64,000 bases of DNA from Pseudogymnoascus verrucosus (lineage: Eukaryota): assembly GCA_001662655.1 (NCBI GenBank), contig KV460215.1. One strand, given 5' to 3'. Below, one piece after another: positions 59,025 through 64,000 of this stretch. Within the stretch, counting starts at the first letter, position 1. Each line of letters starts with the position of its first letter. The notes under the pieces were generated by a model that saw nothing but the letters and a program-made list of their open reading frames with translations, was not told where the DNA came from and made no database searches. The translations under genes and the position numbers were made by a program.

Positions 59025-62000
59025 ATGTCTGTATTTCAACCTAGAGGCAGAGGAGTAGGAGGCCGAGGCGGGGGTGATCGTGGTAGAGGAGGAGGAGGCC
59101 GAGGCGGGGGTGATCGCGACAGAGGAGGAGGAGGTCGAGGTGGGGGTGATCGCGGCAGAGGTGGTGGTTTCCGAGGTGGTGGGAGAGGAGGCTTTCAGGC
59201 GGGGCCCGCTGAGGTGTTCGGGTGAGTCTGTTTCATTTCTATGTCATTTGCTGCTCTGTATTATACGTCTAACACAGTCTAACACTACCAGGGATGGAAA
59301 ATTTCCTCCCCCAAATCCAAATGTTACGAAGACGGAGGATAGCTACATGGCCCAGAAGCCAACACTCGCCGGTAGCATGGCTGGCATGTCTGTGACGGCT
59401 GATTTCCCAGCGAGGCCGGCTTATGGCACGAGGGGGAAGCCGGTTGTACTGTGGGCCAACTATTTTGAGCTTGCAGCGGCGAAGAACCTGATAATTTATC
59501 GGTACCACGTCGCCGTCTCACCTGAGGCAAAAGGAAGGAAGCTGAGGCGAGTCTTCGAACTGTTGCTCGAAGATCCTCGACTGAAAAATTCTGCCACCGA
59601 TTTCAAAGCCATCTTGGTTAGCCGGAAGAAGCTGCCCGACGTTGAACTAGAGGTTGCATATCGCTCCGAGTTCGAGGATGATGCTAAACCTGATGATAAA
59701 CCATACCGTGTCAAAATCCAACTTACTGGCGAGATGGACATCGATGCTCTCGTGAATCACCTCCGATCCGTCCAACCGGACCCGAATTTCCGCGCCGACA
59801 ATAGGATGCAGGTAATCCAGAGTTTAAATATTCTTCTGGGGCATTATGCGCAGTCAGATCCTCTCACCACCACCATCGCAAGCAACAAGCATTTTCTTTT
59901 TGGTGATGATAAGCCTGGGAATCGCTATCTGGTCGAACACAACCTTGGTAAAGGCCTCACTGCACTACGTGGCTACTTCCGTAGCGCTCGGCCGAGTACT
60001 GGCCGAATTCTAGTCAACGTCAACGTGAGCCACGCGGTGTTTTTCAAGCCAGGGCCTCTGATGGAGCTGATCAAGATCTTCGGCGCTGCATACGGCACCA
60101 ACCTTTTTCAACTAGAGAGATTTTTGAAGAAAGTTCGGGTGGAGACTAATCATCTGCCAGTAAAGAAGAACAAAGCTGGGAAAATAATCCCAAAGGTCAA
60201 GACCATCATTGCTCTCGCAAGTAAGAACGATGGCACAGGTTTACCTCACCCGCCAAGAGTCGGTAGATTCGGTGCCAATGCGACGGAAGTCGAGTTTTGG
60301 CTCGAATCAACTGATAAGAAGAAATCTGGGAATGGGAGGTATATAACTGTTTTTGACTTTTTCAAGACCCGTAGGTGACAATTCTCATATTCCATCCCCG
60401 CTTCAACTAACACAATCCAGACCACAAGAAACATTTAAACGACGCGTTCCCAATCATGAATGTTGGTACCAGAGCCAACCCGATGTACATGCCTGTCGAT
60501 TACTGCGTGGTTATACCTGGCCAGTCATCCATGAAAAAGCTCGACCCCGATCAGACCGCGGAGATGATTCGTTTTGCGTGCCGCAAACCGCATTTAAACG
60601 CCCAGTCTATTACTTCTGATGGGTTGGCAGTACTTGGGTTTGACGCCAAGTCCAAGTCTAATCTAGTAAGTGGCAATGTGGTTTTAATGTTACACAGTTG
60701 CTAATGCTCATTAGGGGTTGTTCGGAATCAATATGAACACGAACATGATCACAGTTCCTGGCCGAATTCTTCCACCACCGGTGGTAAAATACCAGGGCAA
60801 AAATACCGTAAGCCCAAAAGGCGGACAATGGAACATGATGGGCGTTAAATTCGCCCAGGGTTCGAAATTACCATCATGGACGTATATCTGGATTACGAGG
60901 AAGGGGAGGAGAGGCCTGATCAATGGGGAAGACCACATTTCTCGTATCATGGCTGAGTTTCAGGGTATGATGAACGCATCAGGCCTTGGGGCGCCGCCAC
61001 CTATGAAAGGCAAAGAGATCGTGATAGATGTTGGTCATAACGGACCAAGCAACGACGAGCTCATAGACAATATGTTCAAAATGGCGGCGACTGGGAAAGT
61101 CGGGTTGATGGTGGTTGTATTACCTGACCCCGACGCTGCTATGTACAATGCTGTCAAGTATGCTGGTGATATTAAGTATGGGATTCACACCGTCTGCGCC
61201 CTCGCTTCGAAGATCACGAAGGAGCAAAGGCGCGACCAGTATTTGGCCAACATAGCTCTAAAGGTCAACAGCAAGTTGCGTGGATCTAATCAGACGCTTG
61301 ATGCACAGAGACTCGGGATCATATCAGATGGAAAGACAATGGTGGTAGGAATCGACGTCACACATCCATCTCCGGGGTCCCTCTCGAGTGCTCCTAGTGT
61401 TGCCGCAATTGTGGCAAGCATAGACAGCACACTGAGCCAGTTCCCTTGTGAGCTTAGTGTTCAGGAGGGCCGGAAGGAGATGGTGACCGATTTGAGCGAG
61501 ATGATGAGGTCCCGACTTCAGCTGTGGAGGGACAGGAATAAGGCCTTACCTGAGAATATTCTCGTCTACAGAGACGGTGTTTCTGAGGGCCAATACCAAG
61601 TCCTGAAAGACGACGAGATCCCGTCTCTACGCAAAGCCTTTGACGGAATCTACACGGCCGATCAGAGGAAGAAGGGATTGCCAAAGCTTTCCGTTATTGT
61701 TGTTGGAAAGCGCCACCACACCAGGTTCTACGCCACGAAGCAAGACGAAGCTGATCGTTCTGGAAATCCGAACAACGGCACCGTCGTCGATCGTGGCGTA
61801 ACCAGCATGTGGAACTGGGATTTCTTCCTCCAGGCCCACACTTGTCTCCAGGGTACAGCGAAGCCAGCCCACTACTACGTGGTGCTGGACGAGATCTTCG
61901 GCAAGGGCAACTTGAAGACGCCTCATCCGTTCCCCAATGCCGCCGATACCCTTGAGGACCTGACGCACAACATGTGCTACCTCTTCACTCGCGCGACGAA

Positions 62001-62190
62001 GGCAGTCAGCATTTGCCCACCTGCATACTACGCCGACCTGGCCTGCGAGCGTGCCCGATGCTACCTACATAAGGAGTACGAGCCCTCGCATCCAGGGGGT
62101 TCGAGTGTAAGCGGCGGCGCGCAGCCGAGTACATTGGAATCCGATATTAAGGTCCATGATAGGCTCAAGGACTCGATGTTTTACATTTAA
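59025..62190 (+). CDS. qde-2: Argonaute, QDE-2-like (RGG N-terminus, N-L1-PAZ-L2-MID-PIWI)
   Basis: Exons 59025-59221, 59292-60370, 60421-60665 and 60715-62190. Motifs are RPAYGTRGKPVVLWANYF, GYFRSARP..LVNVN, GIDVTHPSP, QEGRKEMV, YRDGVSEGQY, KRHHTRF, GTAKPAHY, SICPPAYYADLAC and the C-terminal SMFYI. Confidence 0.96.
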
Positions 62191-62425
62191 TTTATATTTA
62201 TGACTTTGACGATGATTGATGATCTTTCTGGGAACTTTTGGGGGATTTCTTTGACTTGGAGTTTCGCGAATTGGAAATGGATGGAGGCTAGATTTAGCAG
62301 CGTTGGATTTTTGAATCTTACAACTTGGTATTGATTCTTTTAATGTGATGGTAATTGGTTTCCGTAAGAGTCTGTGATATCCGGTGCAATTGTGATATTA
62401 GAGCTTGAGCCATAACCCGCCCAAT

Positions 62426-63271
62426 TTACTCCAATCCCAAGATCTTCTCCGCAGCCTTCTTCAACGCAGCCATCGACTCCCTCCACAACGTCGGCCCAAC
62501 ACTAATCCTACAAACCCCAATCTCCTTCCACTCCGCAACCGTAACCTTCCCACCCCCACCACTCAACAGCACCGCTACCTTCCCATCAAGCTCCTTAACA
62601 AGCGTCTTCACATCATCCACCGTCACCGGTCCCCAAACAAAAAAGCTCGTCGCCCCGGCCTCCAAGTACGCCTTCCCCCTCCTCACCGCCTCCTTTAACA
62701 CGTCCTCGTGCCCCCACCCCTCAGGCAGTGGATCAAGCACGAAAAGATCCGTCCTGGCATTCACCACGAAATCAGGTAAGCCTTTCTCCTTCGCAACTTC
62801 AAACACGACTTTCAGCCTCTCTACCTGCTCCTCTACTGTCCTCAACCCTTCTAACCCTTTCCCATACCCCGTAGCGGGAATCCCATCCTCGATATTCGCC
62901 CCGACGACACCGAGATCAATAGCACCACCTATGCACTCACGTAGCTGGTAGCCATACCCATCCTGCAAATCCGCGCTGAGCGGGACGCCAGCAGCGCGCG
63001 CGATGGGAGAGATAAGGGACAGAGCTTCCAGGTTCAAAGGCAAAGTGAGGTCGGCGTCCGCGAGGCCGAGGGTCCCTGCTATGGCGAACGAACCCGTTGC
63101 GAGGGCGCGGACGGGGGTGGAGGTTGGGGTGTTGAGGGCGAGGACGGTGGTGGTGGAGGGGATGTCGTGGACGTTGCTGAGGACGAAGGGGGAGGAGGGT
63201 TGGTGGAGGGCTTTGAGTTTGAGGGCGTAGGCGTTGTCGATGGGGACGGGCTGGGGGGTTGGGGTTGGCAT
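62426..63271 (-). CDS. PEP mutase / isocitrate lyase superfamily enzyme (intronless)
   Basis: Motifs are LKALHQP..FVLSNVHD, ALATGS, PLSADLQDGYG, GVVGANIEDG, FVVNARTD, RGKAYLEAGATSFFVWG and GVCRISVGP. A TATATAA box lies on the minus strand near 63445. Confidence 0.88.
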   Translation of the reverse strand: MPTPTPQPVPIDNAYALKLKALHQPSSPFVLSNVHDIPSTTTVLALNTPTSTPVRALATGSFAIAGTLGLADADLTLPLNLEALSLISPIARAAGVPLSADLQDGYGYQLRECIGGAIDLGVVGANIEDGIPATGYGKGLEGLRTVEEQVERLKVVFEVAKEKGLPDFVVNARTDLFVLDPLPEGWGHEDVLKEAVRRGKAYLEAGATSFFVWGPVTVDDVKTLVKELDGKVAVLLSGGGGKVTVAEWKEIGVCRISVGPTLWRESMAALKKAAEKILGLE

Positions 63272-64000
63272 TGTGGTGGTGTTGGGTTGGGTGGAGAGGT
63301 TGAATGTGATAAATTGGGAGTCCTGTTAAACTTTCGGCTTGGGATAAAGTTTCAGTGGAGGATGATGTTATGGGTGCTTAGTTTGGATTTCAACTTAGAC
63401 TTTTTGAATACGTTTATAGAAACTATAAAGGAAGGGACCTTGTTATATATTACAGATCAGACAGGCGGGGTAGGCTGCGGGGTTCTGTGCGAACACCAAA
63501 GGATGACTCCGGTTCTCCGGTGTATATTTCAGGAAGGTGATTACTCACCAATCGTGAATACAGACACCAAAACGCGCCCTTACAGGATACCGAGATCTAG
63601 GCAGAAGTGTGCTACACAGAAAGTGGCGGGCATTAATCGAACCGTATTACTACCCTTATAAGGACAATAGTGCAGCTGTGGCGGTGGGTTGGTGAATGAC
63701 ATGTTTGGTATATGGTGGCGCATTTAATAATCTACTGCACTTAGATGAGCTTCATATATTTGCTTTGTAACCAGCGCTCTCTCTATCATCACACATGCTG
63801 TCAAGTAATAACCAAGAAATAGCTTTGGTAATAATAATTACACATTTGTAAGTTCGTTATAATGCCGTGTATGATAAGCAATACATCCCAAACCCGCGTA
63901 TACAAAAATGAACCGAACAGCCAGTCCAATGCAAATCGCTCGCTCATTCGCCTGGCTTAGAAATGAGATCCGGGATATCATCGACTGTGTTGTTTCCTTC

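Noticed and set aside
1..64000. tRNA/rRNA genes, intact transposons, and an RdRP partner for the Dicer-Ago pair
   Set aside because: I recognised no cloverleaf, rRNA, transposase/RT/integrase or RdRP (DLDGD) signature by eye. tRNAscan-SE, Infernal and inspection of the adjacent window would be needed to exclude them formally.

Overview
This is intron-containing genomic DNA from a filamentous ascomycete: GT..AG introns have CTRAY branch points and the genes are Pezizomycotina-type. A Leotiomycete origin such as Pseudogymnoascus is my inference only. About 24 protein-coding genes can be supported. The left part (1-34 kb) is looser, with long low-complexity intergenic regions. It holds a SAM+HMG-box regulator, a small 3-exon coiled-coil gene with a 20-nt micro-exon, ARC40, a U1A/U2B''-type RRM protein, MNS1 (GH47), a histidine acid phosphatase, a large C2H2 transcription factor, an accessory-looking islet (small C2H2 protein, atypical kinase, Cys/His microprotein, minisatellite) and an amino-acid permease. 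The middle (34-53 kb) is a dense housekeeping block: Ppk16-like kinase, Psh1-like RING ligase, MDM20, ILM1, M20 peptidase, HAD hydrolase, CDC43, UBA4 and PAM17. The right end is the most notable part. A complete DCL2-type Dicer and a QDE-2-type Argonaute with an intact DEDD tetrad are transcribed head-to-head across about 0.9 kb. Just past the Dicer stop codon lies an AT-rich, transition-mutated array of about seven 56-bp units, each containing an imperfect hairpin. A PEP-mutase/ICL-family gene follows the Argonaute. I recognised no tRNA, rRNA, CRISPR array or intact transposon. Exon coordinates were derived by eye from splice signals and reading-frame continuity.
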